From Lama glama (Eukaryota): a stretch of DNA of 64,000 bases. Location: the NCBI GenBank assembly GCA_028534125.1, contig CM052816.1:86120001-86184000 (forward strand), read 5' to 3'. The notes under the pieces were generated by a model. That model searched no databases, was not told the origin of the DNA, and worked only from the letters and a program-made list of their open reading frames with translations. The translations under genes and the position numbers were made by a program. Below are positions 38,243 through 52,560 of this stretch, one piece after another. The stretch's first letter is position 1. Each line of letters begins with the position of its first letter.

Positions 38243-38450
38243 TTTTTTATTGATGTATAGTTAATGTACAATATTATATAAGTTACAGGTGTACAATATA
38301 GTGATTAACAATTTTTAAAGGTTATACTCCATTTATAGTTATTATAAAACATTGTCTGGCTATACTCCGTGTGTTGTACAATGTATCCTTGTAGCTTATT
38401 TTATACATAATAGTTTGACCCTCTTAATCCACTATCCCTATATTGCCTCC
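38243..38450 (-). mobile_element. Short L1 3'-end insertion
   Basis: T-run followed by L1 3'UTR; TSD tgataatgatgtttct (38227-38242) / tgatggtgatgtttct (38451-38466). Confidence 0.85.
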
Positions 38451-38919
38451 TGATGGTGATGTTTCTTCTACCAAAAACGCTTTTTATAAACAATAAAGGT
38501 TGAATCAGTAGCTTTCCTTTTGTATGTTATAGCCCCTTAGTTTTAGTTTTACTTTCATTTCACTTTTTAAATTAGATGTTTAATATGCCATTTAATTTTT
38601 TAATTTAATATTTAATTATCAACAAAAGGACAAACAGCAACAAAGTGGAATCTGAGATTATGCTAACAGATTATTTTGTGATTTGTAGTCACATAGACCA
38701 TTCCTGAAAATGTATAAATAAGTGTGAAAGTATTAAATCAGTATTGTTAGCTATCTTTAAGAAAAGTCTTGTTTAAGGTTACTTGAGCAAGACATGGCAA
38801 ATTTTGGACAATTCTTTCTTTGGATTAGATTCTTCGTTATTAACCCTACATTGACTTCATAATCCTTCTTAAGATAGTACTTTTAGACCATGATTGTCAA
38901 TTTTCAAAACTGATTTCAC

Positions 38920-39545
38920 AATAAAAATATATTAAGTGTTTAAAATATGCCCAGCACTGTCAGGGCAATAGGGATACAGGAAAGAACGAAAAAGAAAAAT
39001 CAAAAAACAAAAAAAAATCCTTACTCCTTTGGGCTTTATTTTCTAGTCGCAGGAGACAAGTAATCAAATAAGTATGTCATATTTTGTATTGTGGAAAGGA
39101 CAAGAAGAAAAATATATAATTTTAAGGTGAGACATGATGTGGGAAAGCAAAGCTACTTCTGAGGAGATAGCCAAAGTAGACTTCTGACAGGTGAAATTTG
39201 GGCTGAAACCTGACTAAAGTCAGAAAAGAGTGTGTAGTGGGGCTTCTTGGAAGAACAGAATTCCAGGAACTAAAACAAAACAGTAAGCTAAGAATTCCTG
39301 AAAAACAAAGCAAAACCAAAAACAATGAACACAAGACAGTAAGCTAATAGTTCAGAAGCTGGTTCAGTGCTTGTGTGTTCAAGCAGCTATGAGGAGGGGC
39401 AAGGTGACTCAGCAGACTGGGGAGCAGGAGAATGGGAAAAGGTGAGTCAGAGGTGGCCAGATGCCCTATCACCCAGGGATGTAGGAAACAGGGAAATTTT
39501 AGGATTTGACTAAGTGAAGTGAGAAGACACTGGGAAGGTTTTCCA
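38920..39545 (-). mobile_element. LINE-2 remnant
   Basis: 'atatgcccagcactgtc..gggatacag..ttctagt..ggtgaaatttgggctgaaacctga..gagaagacactggga'. Confidence 0.65.
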
Positions 39546-39549
39546 CCCC

Positions 39550-42500
39550 ATATTTAGTGACATGTAATTGGCATACAAACAACTGCACATAACAAATTAA
39601 TTAATGCATACAATTTAGTGAATTTGGAGAGAGATATATATATATATTTATATATTTATGTTACTATCACTATAATCAAGGTGATCACCTCCAAAATTTT
39701 CCTTATGTCCCTTTTGTTTTTTGATGTGTGGTAAAAACACTTAACATGCAATTTATCCTCTTAAATTTTTAAGGACACAATTTCTTATTGTTAGCTATAG
39801 ACACTATTTCCCAGCACACCTCTAGGACTCACTCATCTTGTATAACTGTGATTTTATACCTGTTGAATATCAGCTCCTGGTATCCCCCTCCCTTCCTCCC
39901 TTGGAATAGAATTCTATTGTCCATTTCAACACTTTTGACTATTTTACATGATTCATCTTAGATGGATCATTCAGTATATATCCTTCTAAAACTGATTTAT
40001 TCCACTTACCATAATGTATCCCTGATACATCCATGTTGTTGCAAATGGTGGGATTTTCTTCTTTTTTGAGGATGAAAAATATTTCATTGTATGTATATAC
40101 CATCTTTCTTAATTAATTTATCTGTTGAAGGACATTTGGGTTGTTTCCCTATCTTGGCTATTGTGAGAAATTCTGCAGTGAACACAAGCGTGCAGATATC
40201 TCTCCCAGATCCTGATTTCAGTCTTCTGGATATAGTCCCAGAAGTGGAATTGCTGGATCATATGGTTGTTCTATTTTTAACTTTTTGTGGAACCTCCATA
40301 TTGTTTTTATAACAGCTCTACCATTTCCATTCCAACCCACAGTCTACTAGGGTTCCAATTTCTGCACAAACTTGCCAAAACGTATCTATGTTTTTTGTTA
40401 ATAATAGCCATCCTAACATGTAAGGTGATATCTCATCATGGTTTTGATTTACTTTTCTCTGACAGTTAAAAGTGTTAACCAGATTTTCATATACTTGGCC
40501 ATTTGCATATCTTTCAAAAATATCTATTCAATAATTTGCCAATTTTTAATTGGGTTACTTTGGGGGGTTTGTGCTTTTGAGTTGTAGAACTTCTTATATA
40601 TTTTGGAGATTAATCCTTATCACATATATGGCTTGCAAATATTTTTTCCCATTCCTTAGGTTACTTTTTAATTTTGTTGATTGTTCCTCTTGCTGCACAG
40701 AAGCTTTTTATTTAGCATAGGTTTATTTGTCTGTTTTTGCTTTTGTTTTCCATGCTTTTGGTGTCATACCCAAGAAATTATTTCCAAGATCAGTATCAAG
40801 GAGCTTTTCACCTATGTTTTCTTCTAGTTTCAGACCTTAAGATCTTACATACTTTTTTTTAATCCACTGGAATTAATTTTTGTGTGGGATGTAAGAAAAG
40901 GGTCCAATTTCATTCTTTTGGATGTGGATATCCAGTTTTACTTACTTTATTATAAACTTCCCTCCTGAAACTGCTTTTGCTGTATACCATACATTTTGGT
41001 ATGTTGGTTTCAATTTCTGTTTGTGTTAAGATACTTCTAAAATTTCCTCTTGATTTCTATATTAATCTATTATTTGTTCAAGAATGTGGTGTTCAATTTC
41101 TACATGTTTGTGAATTTTCCAGTTTTCCTCTCATTATTGATCTCAGATTTCATACTATTGTGATCAAAAAAGATACTTGGTATTATTTCACTCTTCTTAA
41201 ATTTACTAAGACTTGTCTTTGGCCTCATGTGTGATCAATCTATCCTGGAGAATGTTCCATGAGTGCTTGAGAAGAATGCATTTTCTACTGTTGATGGATC
41301 TTGGATTGAAATTTCTGTTTATGTCTGTTAGGTTCATTTGGTCTAAACTGTAGTTCAAGTTCAATGTTTCCTTACTGCTTATATGTCTGGATGATCTGTC
41401 TATTGTTGAATGCGAGGTGTTGGAGTCCCCTAAAATTATTGTGTTGTTATTTCTCCCTTTAGATCTGTTAATATAATTAGGTGCTCCAATTTTAAGTGCA
41501 CATGTATTTACAAATTGTTATATCCTCTTGATGAATTGACTCGTTTACATTTTATAATGATCTTTTTTGTCTGTTGTTACATTTTTTGGATTAAAATCTA
41601 TTTTGTCTTATATAATTACAGCTACCTCTATCTTTTTTGTCGTTCTACTTAAATACAGTCTCTTTTAGCCTCCCTTTACTTTGAGCCTATGTGTGCCCTT
41701 AAAGCTGCACTGAATCTCGTGTATGGGACCTATTGTTGGGTCTTGTTTTTTCATCCATCTGGCTACTATGTGACTTTTGATCAGAGTATTTATTCTGTCT
41801 ACAGTAAGAGGAGTTATTGATAAGAACTTAACTAATGCCATCTTATTGTTTTCTGACTGTTTTAAGCTGACTATTTTAAGCTGATGAGTTAAGTGTTTAA
41901 CACACCATATACCATAGTTTTAGACTATTCTAAATTTGACTATGTACTTACCTTTAACAATATGTTGTATATTTTCATGTTTTTATGTTCCTAATACATG
42001 GGCTTTTATTTCATTTTGAAAAACTCCTTTCAACATTTTTTGTAAGTCAGGTTGAATGGTGATAAACTCTCTCAACTTTTGTTTGTTTGGAAAAGCCTTT
42101 ATTTCTTCTACATTTCTGAAGGACAACTTAGCCAGACAAACTGCTCTTGTCAACAGTTTTTGTTTCAGCGCGTGTAATACCATCTCACCCTTTCCTGGCC
42201 TATAAGGTTTCTGCTGAGAAATTTACTGGTGATCTAATAGGAGTTCTCTGGTAAGTTAGAAGACTCTTTCTCTTGCTGCTTTTAAGATTCTCTCTGTGTC
42301 TTTGCCTTTTGACAGTTTTAATGTGTTTTGGAGAATATCTCTTTAAATTGAGTTTGGTAACCTATGAGATTCACAAACTTGGATGTCCAAATATCTCGCC
42401 AGATTTGGAAAATTCTCAGCCATTATTTCCTTAAATAAGCTTTCATCTCTCTTTCCCTCTCTTTTCCTTCTGGGATTTCAACAATTCATTGATTACTTTC

Positions 42501-43500
42501 TTTTTGTCTTAAAATACATTTAATTTACAATGGTGTGATAGGTTTTCATGTACAGCATAGCAATTCAGCTATACATATACATATATATCTACTTCATATT
42601 CTTTGTCATTATAGGTCATTATAAGATATTGAATACAGTTTCTTGTGTTACACACTAAGACCTTGTTATTTATACATTTTATATGTAGTAGTTTGTATCT
42701 GCTAATCCCAAACTCCTAATTTATCCATCCCCTGCTTTCCCCTAAGGAAATCATAAGTTTGTTTTCTATGTTCTAAGTTTGTTTTGCATACATGGGCAAA
42801 ACCCCATCCCAGTTCCTTGACACGTGGCGCTGGATCCCACAGCTCCTACAAAGGCATTCTGTCTGTGGATGGACACTTTGGTGTTGAGGAGAGATATGAT
42901 GAGGGCATTCCTTATTCAGTCATGTTGCTGGTATCACTCACTACCTGTGTTTTTTTGATTTGTGAGCTTAACCCAGCTACATTAAAAGCAATTACTGATA
43001 GATGAGGACTTTTTATTCCTATTTTAACTTATTATTTTCTGTCTGTTTTGTAGTTCTCTTTTTTCTCTCTTCTTCTCTTGATGTTCTTCTTTGTGGTTTT
43101 ATGATTTTTTTGGTTGCAGTATACTTTGATTCTTTTCTCTTTATCTATTGAGTTTTATGCTAGGTTTTATTTTATTTTGGTTACAATGAGCCTTAGCTGA
43201 ACCTCTTACAGTTGTAATAGTTTATTTTAAGATGATGACAACTTAACTTCAGTTGCACACAAAAACTCTATACTTTTACTTGCACCCTTAACACACTTTA
43301 TGTTATTGATGACAGCCGGTCTGTTTACTTTTTGTATTGTGTATCCATTAACACATTTTTTTGTTATTGAATATACTATATAATTATTCTTAATATTTTG
43401 TGTTTTGGCTTTATCTCAGAGTTAAAAGTAATTTATGTGCCGCCTACATAGCATTACAGCATTCTGTGATTGTCCATATATTTACCTGTACCAGTGAGAT
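39550..43500 (-). mobile_element. Composite old LINE-1 (L1MA-like 3' end, ORF2 5' part, ORF1) with a younger L1 3' tail at ~42500-42780
   Basis: ORF1p C-terminal peptide (AKLSFRNVEEIKAFPNKQKLREFITIQPDLQKMLKG) at 41983-42183; EN-region motifs 41230-41560; 3'UTR motifs 39550-40440. Confidence 0.9.
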
Positions 43501-43959
43501 CTCCTGGGTAGACTCTTGACATGGCCTCACTAAATTTGGAATATGGAAGTAGACATACAAAAATAGGTATGAACACAACTCATAACATAAGTATAGACAA
43601 CTGGTGTTGGTTACCTTAATTACATGCATTAGATAGTCCTAAATTAAAACTCCTTTAATAAGAAAAAAACAAAACAAAACAAAAAAAGTTTTCATACATG
43701 CAGTGGATTTTCTGTGTTCATGAATTCCATTAAGTTGCTATCTTTACCAACCACCAAAATTCCTAGTTATTTGCTATACTGAAAAGTGAAGTATAATTGA
43801 TAGACAGGAAAAAAGTTCCCTTTTTGTCTTCTATAAAAATTTGATTAATTTGCCGAAGCTCTGCTTTCAAGAGCTGAATTTGTCCCCTAATCTCACCAAT
43901 CACACACATACTACCCTCTATCTAAGCACACTGCATCAACATACGAGTTAAAATGCCTC

Positions 43960-45430
43960 AGTGCTTGATCAAAGACTTAAATCTTTTCTCTCTACATACA
44001 GTCTTTAGCTTGTTCAGCCACACTGATTTACATCACTAAGCACTACAATTATCTGTAGAAAGATAACTCCCAGATTCATGTCTTCAGCCCAAACCGTCTT
44101 TCTGCTGATTATGCTTGTAGACAGTGGCCTATTTGACATATTCAGTATGGATATTTCATAGACTTTTGAAGACTAAAATTTCTAATATGGGCTCATTTTC
44201 CTAATTCTACTACTGAACTGTCAGACTTTTTCTGATAGAGAAAGTTTACTATGAATAAAGTGAACAGTTTTTCCCTACTTCAATAAATACTATTATTCAT
44301 TAATTTACTCACTCAACAAATATTTATTGGCTTATTGCTAGATTTTGAGAATAGAATGGTAAGTGAAAGGTAAGTTGGTCTTGCTTTCATGAAAATCAAC
44401 CAAGAAGGAAATACAAATGTCAAATAGTACACCTATTAAAGTTTCAACATTCATTGAGATGATGTTCTTAATACAACACTTTTGTAAGAATGTATTGCAG
44501 AGAACAAAAGAAACAAAACTAAAGGCTCAGATGAACTAATACTTAGTGTTAGAAGCATTAGAAGAAACTCTAGAGGATGAATTGACAATCTAGGCTAAGA
44601 AGTTTTAATAAACAAGGATGGTGAGTAGCAATAGCAATTCAAGCAGAAGGCTCAGAATATGCAGAGAACTATTGGTGGAAGAATATGGAAAGAGAGGGAG
44701 AATATTTTTAATCAGCAACTTAACAGAATAATGTGATAGTCATTGAAATGGTGATAAAACTGTAGCTTGAGCATAGGGGGTGGTCATAAATTCTCTCCCA
44801 GACGTAATGTATTGAATATGTCTTTGAAACAATAAAATGGAGATTTTGAATAAGTGGTACCGTTCAAAATGGTGGTACCATTATATATCTAGTGCTTATA
44901 TATAAGAACCAGATTTGAGTTAGAATTTCAGAATCCATTGATGTTTGGAATATAATTAAAGAGATTACTCAGCTAGTTGCACATGCCGGAATACTGAGGG
45001 ATAACCTTTATTCACTCTACTTATTATGCACCCCATATTCATTTCTTTCTCTTAATATGATTTTTTTACCTTCTAAATATTATAAATAGACATGTATATA
45101 TGCATATATATATGTATGTGCATAACATTCATCATCTATCTACTTACTATCTTCACTGTCTTCATATACACTGTGGTCACCAAATCGCAATTGCACTGTC
45201 CTTTTTTTTTAAAAGTTTTTGTGGCAACAACAATTCTGTAGTTGAATAATGAACAGCCTGCAAAACTGTATTTACACGCTGTGAAAAGGCTAATCCGGTC
45301 ATCATTATATCAGGATTAGTCAATAAACTACTGATCTCTCAACACTCTTTCTTGCCTCCTTTCAATTTAAAAGCTAGAGTTACTTCAAGATACCATGTCC
45401 TAATTGTACTTTCCGCTCAAAGTATTTCAA
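43960..45430. mobile_element. LINE-2 remnants in both orientations
   Basis: 'gataactcccagattc..cagcccaaac', 'actcaacaaatatttattg', 'ggattagtcaataaactactgatctc'. Confidence 0.55.
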
Positions 45431-45589
45431 TGCCTTCTCCTTTCAAAAGTATTATTTCAGAGATTTTGTCTATTATCTACATTTGAAGGCCAAATTTGAG
45501 ATTCTTCTCTTGCTTAATTGAGTATCAAGTTGTTTTGAAGAGAATATAGAAACATGCTGAGAAGAGAAGATAGCCAACTTTGGAATAAA

Positions 45590-46620
45590 GATTTACAAAC
45601 ATTTCTTACTTTGTTATTTGTCATTTTGACATTGTTTATAATAGTTTTTGTACTGTGACGTATTTTAAACATCTTAACACAGTCAAATGTTTTATTTTTA
45701 TGGCATCTTGATTTTCATTCTAGCATAGAATGGTTTTCTGCACCTGCAATTTATACAAACAGTCTTTATATTTACTTTTACTATTGGGATAATTATTCTA
45801 CATTAGACTTTCAATAAAACTTGTGTTTATTCATGTAAATCATGTCTGATATAAAGTGTTTCCACCTAGAACATTATAATATCGCCAAACCACTTATTAA
45901 ATAACCCCATCCGTTTATCACTGAGTTAAATGCTACCTTTATTAAATATAAAGTCCCTATATATTCTTGGATATACTTTTGTTCTATTATTTTCCATTAA
46001 CTGATTTGTCTATTCTGTGATAAATGCTATCTTTTGTAAATATAGTAACATTATTCTAAACTGTAATATCTGGTAGGGCATATCTTCTACCACTTTATTT
46101 TTCTGTCAAATAGACCTTATCATTTTATCACAAATGCTCAATAAATATTTGTAAATTGTTTTGCCAGTCAAAATTATAAAACAAAATTCATAACAAAACT
46201 CAACACATTGGAATTCTAAATGGAATTTAGAATTTAAATTTAAAATTGCATGGCAATTTAGAATAACTGTAGACACTTAGTTTTTCAATTTATTCATTAT
46301 ATTATTTTAAAAATTACTTTCTTTACTGATTAAAATATTGTATGCTGATTAAAGTTAATTTTATTTATTGTCATTTATTGCCCTCATTATAAATAAAATT
46401 TCTCTCCATTTATATTAGTAATGTTTACATTATTATACAGGATACATGGGTATATATATCCAGACACTATAATAAATTATATTATTATATAGTTATATGT
46501 ATAGACAGTGCATATGCACACACATATATTGATTATTTTAGCCTCTTTTAATCTTCAGATATATAATAGTGTCTTCACTTGACAAGTCTGCTCTACTTTT
46601 CCAGTACTTATATTGTTTAC
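45590..46620 (-). mobile_element. Very old L1 (L1ME/L1M5-like) remnant
   Basis: Decayed antisense ORF2 motifs 'accacttattaaataacccc', 'ttttccattaactgatttgtctattc', 'aatatctggtagggca'. Confidence 0.6.
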
Positions 46621-47279
46621 AGAGATTTTTTTGAACGTGGTTTATCAGGTTTCTCTCTCCTTAACAGTTAAATTGTGATGTAGCTGGCAGCAGTCAAATG
46701 ACTTTTGTCTGTTTTTTACAGCATTTTTCTCAGTGTTTTGGCATTCTGAAATTAGGTGGGAACTTTCTCTTCTATCTAATTAACACAACTACCATTATTA
46801 AGAGCCTGCCTTGGCAGTTAACCCACGTGGCCAGCTGCAAGCTAGATTTTTTTCTTTTTTTTTTTTTTGCCATGGCAAATAGCTCTCAGTTAGGCACTGG
46901 GAAACCCCAGTAGTCACACTCTCCTAAAAGTGCATCATTATCCACCCTTACCTTCAGTCTGTCAGTCTGAAATTCTAGGTGTTCTTGTTAGTTGCAAGTT
47001 CCAGTTGCCTCTGGGAAATTAGGGAGCAAGTGTCTATGCTGGAGCAGGAAACTATCCCATTGAGTAGCTCGATTAAATGACAGAATGACTTAGTGCTCCG
47101 TGCTCTCTTCTGCCTTTGCAGTTTCTGCACTCTGTCTAGTGAGCACAGGCCCCACATTCAGACTCCACTACGGCGGTACCATTTCACTTAGACACATTTC
47201 ACTTAACCATGTGATACATTTCTCTTAGTCTTTATGTTCTATCAGTTCCAGAGACGACAGTTTGAACCTCGTTTTGTTT

Positions 47280-48182
47280 CCAGATTATATGAAAAATGCT
47301 TACAAGTCTATAAGGAAGAGACTGAGACCCTTATATAAATTGTGTAAAAGGTGTGAACAGGGACTTCATAAAAGAAAATATTCAAAAGGCCAATAATCGT
47401 TAAAAAAAATCACTCATCAAGGAAATGCAAATTAAATCCACAAAAAGATATCATATACATCCATCAGATGCCTCAGAGTAGGCAAGGCCGACAAGGATTT
47501 TCAAAGATGTAGAAGAAGCCCCCTGCTCATACACTGCAGGTGGGAGTGAAACTACCTTCAAGGACTGTTTGGCAGTATCTCTTAAACGAAATATCCTTCA
47601 GCAATCCTCCTTCGTTGCACGTACAGAAGAGAAAGAAGTACCTGCTTCTTCCAAAAGACAGCTATGAGTACATTCATATATGCTATGAATATGTTCATGG
47701 CAGCTTCATTCACTATACATTGTAGCTATACATTGAAAACTGTCAAGTGACCAACAATAGTAGAATGGACAAATAAAATGTGCTATATACATGCCCTGTT
47801 TTACTATACTATAACAGAAAGAATAAGCTGCAACAACATGGGAACCTTTCAAAGACAGTGTGCTTAATGAAGGAAGTCAGTTGCAAAAGAGAACATACTT
47901 TATTATCCATTTTTATGATAAAACAAACAAAAACAAGCAAACTACCCTGAGGTGATAGAAGTGAGAATACTAGATACCTCCAGGGTAGTTGTCTGAGAAG
48001 AATCATAAAAAACTGTCAGAGGCATAGAGAACAAACTTATGGTTTCCATAGGGAAAGGAAGGGGGAGGGATAAACTAGGAGTATGGGATTAACAGATACA
48101 CACTACTGTATATAAAATACATGAGCAATGAAGATATACTGTATAACACAGGGGCCAATACTGGGAAATAATCTGAAAAAAT

Positions 48183-48213
<31 letters not shown>

Positions 48214-48230
48214 ATATATATATATATGTG

Positions 48231-48274
<44 letters not shown>

Positions 48275-48500
48275 TGAATCACTTTGCTGTAACCCTGCAA
48301 CTAATACAATACTGTAAATCAGCTATTCTTAATTAATTAATTAATTAATTAATTAATAAAAGCTGTCAGAGGTGACGTAAATGTTCTAAATCTTGGTCTG
48401 GGCAGTGATTATGTGGTATTTGTATGCAAAAATAATTGAAAAGTGCAGTAAAATTAGTACACTTTATTTACTCTACTTGAGGTATCTCAGTTAAAGAAAG
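47280..48500 (+). mobile_element. Old L1M 3' region hosting a younger L1 tail
   Basis: 'catcaaggaaatgcaaattaaa..catacactgcaggtgggagtg..aatgttctaaatcttggtctgggcagtg'. Confidence 0.75.
48023..48357 (+). mobile_element. Short L1 3'-end insertion with (TA)n and (TTAA)n expansions
   Basis: 'catagagaacaaacttatggtt..gggattaacagatacacactactgtatataaaata'; TSD aaaaactgtcagagg (48008-48022) / aaaagctgtcagagg (48358-48372). Confidence 0.88.
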
Positions 48501-50799
48501 TTAAATGTATGTGCTGTGTACAATTCAAATAATGACTGAGGAGCATAGCTCCTAATCAAAACCTATTTCTGATCTTTAAGGCCTAATCACAAACAATTAC
48601 AAAGACTTTACCTGGAGAGCCTCACATAGGTAACCTGTCCCGCACCCTCACCCCAGACGTCGTGCACAGCCAACATGCTGCAGTCTCTAAGGGAGATACA
48701 GTCATGGAGCTCCTGGAATGGAGAGGGGACTCAAATTAGAGATCTAACAAAGGGGCCCTAACAAAGCCAGGGAAGTAATTTCCTGTCTACGCTTACTGTT
48801 CTGCACACATAGGACCAAAATTCATCAGAGATTCCACACACAAGAGCTGTACCCAGTGACTTTTGTTTTGGCTCTAAACAGGTCACTGACACCAAAGGAC
48901 AGCCTGCAAGTGAGCTACTGAAACGTAGGTTTTTAATGAAAAAGACTGTAAAGTCCTTCAGGATCATTTTACTCAACCACCTAAAGACCTAGAAACTCGG
49001 CCAATTCATCTCCAGGATGAAGGAAGTAATCTTGTTAAATTTAGTAAGAGAGAGTGGCACCTGTGGGATGTGTCACTACAGAACTTGACAGTGGCCAGAG
49101 TACCCTGCCAGTGTCCACTTTTCCTGAGGAGGAGAAGGAAGAAGGTGTGGATGAGAGGGCACAAAGCAGAGAGAGTCTGCAGGTTTATGATTTCATTACT
49201 CATCAGTTTTTTTTTTTGGTAATATATATAAACAAGGTTTGCATCTGCCCTTATTTGCATTATTTTGTTTGTTTGTTTCAGTTTATTCCAGAGTCCCCTT
49301 CTATTCTTCATTATATCTTCCTGAGTGACTTTATTAACCTGGACCTATCTTTGTGCGTAAACATGTAGGAGGATTGTTTGTGTTTCCATTCCTATTTATT
49401 TATGTGTTAAGAGAAAATTCTAGGATTTTGTCTTGGAGAATGTGTTGTTTTCATAAGGACAAGCCACTTTGCAGGCATGTGATTCTGTTACTGAGTGGTT
49501 TGCTGACCTGTGAAGAAATTCCCCAGTCTCGCTCTCATTTCATGTTATCGTGGAGAGTGGACAGTGGTCACTGGCGTTCTACCTCTATGGCTGACATGCT
49601 GCTCTTCCAGCTTGAGCCTCTTCCTACCATACCCTGCCTTCCACGGGATTTACTTTCTATAGTTTTGCTACAAGATATAGTTACAGAATAAATGTATAAC
49701 CACAAAGAAAATAAAAACATTAAAATTACAAAATGCTTTAATTGTGCTTGTAGAGGAAATCTTCCAAAGACCCTTGTATTCACTACTCCATTGTCTTTCT
49801 GCCTCTTGTCTTTTCCCTGGGCCTATTTAGTGTGATGTACTTCTGGGGCTCACTGGGTGACAGGTGACTATTCTAATCATCTAGAGCTAGAAAAAGTCAA
49901 TTTTTAAACATTCTTATAAATTAATCAATAAAAAACCAGGGGGAGCGTTATCAAATTTGATACAGTAATATAAAATTTAAGTTTAATATCTCAGACCCAT
50001 TTAGGAAAGAATATTATTCTTTGAGGAATTTATGTGCATAGTTTCTATCCTTGTTCAGGCAGAGGCATTGGCTCACACAGCCATCAGATTCTTAGAGCAT
50101 TGTTGACACTTTAGCACTTAAATTATTCAGTTTTAAGTATATCTTTCCATAGAGGAAACGTTCAGTTTGCCTTGTATTCATCACAGTTGACACTGTAAAC
50201 TCTATCATTTATACATGAGTCTGTGACTTATGCTCTCCAAATTTGGACATACGTTATTCACCAGGGTGGATCTGAATTTTATTCACTCTTTTAAGTTACT
50301 AATTTTTAAAATCATAGCATTACTACCTTATAATTAATATTGTAATAATAATAAGTACAGATAATTTTATTTAATGTTAAAACTATTGGAAAAACTTGTA
50401 ATATTAGTAAGTACAGAAAAAGGTAATGAAAATCATGCAACATATCATCTTCAATTCCATACATAATGATTTTTAGATGAAAATCTTTCCATATAGTTTC
50501 CCAAACATGATAAACAAATAAACATACATTATTTTATAAGAATGAATTTCATCCTGCTTATTAATTCAATAAAATTTACAATAAAATTAAGTTTTACTTG
50601 AATTACCAGAAAAAAATGAAATTTCGGTGAAACTGAAAAGATAGTAAATTTAAGGAATTATATTATTTTACTGCAAATATATTATTTCCTTAAAGATTTT
50701 AAAGTTAAACAAGGATCTTATGAAAGCCATTAACAGGTGGGATGTATTATTTTTTTTACTACTATGTTCTTAAATTATTTTTATTGAATCTTTATCATA

Positions 50800-52560
50800 A
50801 AGAAGTCATTAGCACTCTCATTTTCTCCTCCATTCTAATATTCGATATATAGACTATTACTTGAATCTGCTACAATTTATACTTTACAATTTATTCTGTA
50901 CCTATTAAACTCTACATTATAAAATACTTGCTCTATATTTGAATGTGCCTGTTTTTGTGATCTTGGTTTTCCTATTTTGGAGAGTATTTATTTTGATTAA
51001 TTTCTTAATTGGATACAGTTAATCATCAATAATATTTGTTCAAGAAATTGGAGTTTTGTAATCCACAGCTGATTCTTATTTGAGAATAACTACACCTTTT
51101 GGCACATATTTTTTCCTTTTCTTTCCTTTGAACTTTGTAATCTTAGCATTGACGTTACTGTTGAAAAGTCTAATGCTAGGCTGAAACCTCCTCCTCACTG
51201 CCCTTGCAGGTGATTTGCCTTCTTCTGCCCTGTCATCTGAAGTATTCTTTCCAGACCCTTGAAGATTTATGTCTAAGGCAACTGGGTGTTATCTAAAAAC
51301 CAAAGTGCTCTATATACCAAACTAGCCTTTTTAGTCTTGGTGGGGAGGAATTGTGGTTTTATTATTGTGTGAAATAATCTTTTTATTTTTAGTTGTTAAG
51401 ATTTGTTTTTCAAGAAAGTGAATCATCCTTATTTTGAATGTATTTCTGCCTCACTGCTTTTTTCTTTTTTTTTTCATTTGTGGTCCTCCATAATTATCTT
51501 AAACCCTTTCTCTGTCAGTGACTCTTTCTCTTTGTCCCTTACTTATTACTTATGAGTTCATTTCTGATGATGTTTTACTCTTCAATAATATTTCCTTCAT
51601 TTTCTAATTCTCTTTTTATTTGGCGGGCTCTGATTTCATTGAATTAACATGTTCAGTAAATTGCTTTGTTCCTTAAAGTGCTCGGATGAAATTCCTTCTG
51701 CGTCTTGGGTTAAGCTTACTTCTAAATCTGAGTTTTTCATCTCCTTACTATGCTCCTTTTTTGTTGTTATTTGATTTTGGTTTTGGTTTTGCCTTCCAAC
51801 ATGTATTTCCTTAATTTCTGTACCTCTTTCACTTTTCTCATATTCTTGCAGCCTTGGGACTTTCCAATTCGCTTTTTGGCTGTTGTAGATTGCTTTACTT
51901 CTTTACCGGCACAGTGAAAACCATTTTTGCATCTTCAGTCAAGATACAGTCCTTCCTGCCCACTGTTTGTCATTAGTCTAAGGGAAGTTTAGGCAGCTCG
52001 CAGGGTTTGAGAGGACATTCTCTGCTTTTACTTCTCACATTTGCTTTGTTCCCTCCGTGTGTTTGGACGGTGTAACCCAGTCCAAAGTGGATACGGTCCC
52101 AGGTTTAAGACGCATAGCATACTAAGTGCAGACAATAGGAAGATTTACTGGTGTCAGAGTGGGCGGCCTTGCTTTCCATTTCCTGTCTTCATGCATTTCT
52201 CCACAGCCATTATTTTCACTAATGTTCACCCCAACTTCACCAGACCCCCTAGTGTATGAAAAAAAAAATTCAGTATCACCAACTCTGATGACCTCTCTCC
52301 AGTTTCAGGGATATCGATAGGAATTTTATGGATTCTGAGACTCAAAAGTATGTTTTATTGAGGGGTGGGACACTTTTAAAAGCTTTACTGTGCTATATAA
52401 ATAGTTCCGGAATTTTCTCATTATTTATATCTGTTTTTCAAGGATTATGGCATACTCTTCCCCTTTTCTTCTTTGGTTCCTACTAATGAATGTATATCTG
52501 GATTTTTACAATATTTTCTGTTTTTTTTAAGGTGTGAGGAAGAGGAGGATGCTATGGCTT
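50800..52560 (-). mobile_element. Very old L1/HAL1-like remnant
   Basis: T-rich antisense L1 texture; 'gttactgttgaaaagtctaatgctaggctga..ccttgcaggtgatttg'. Confidence 0.5.
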
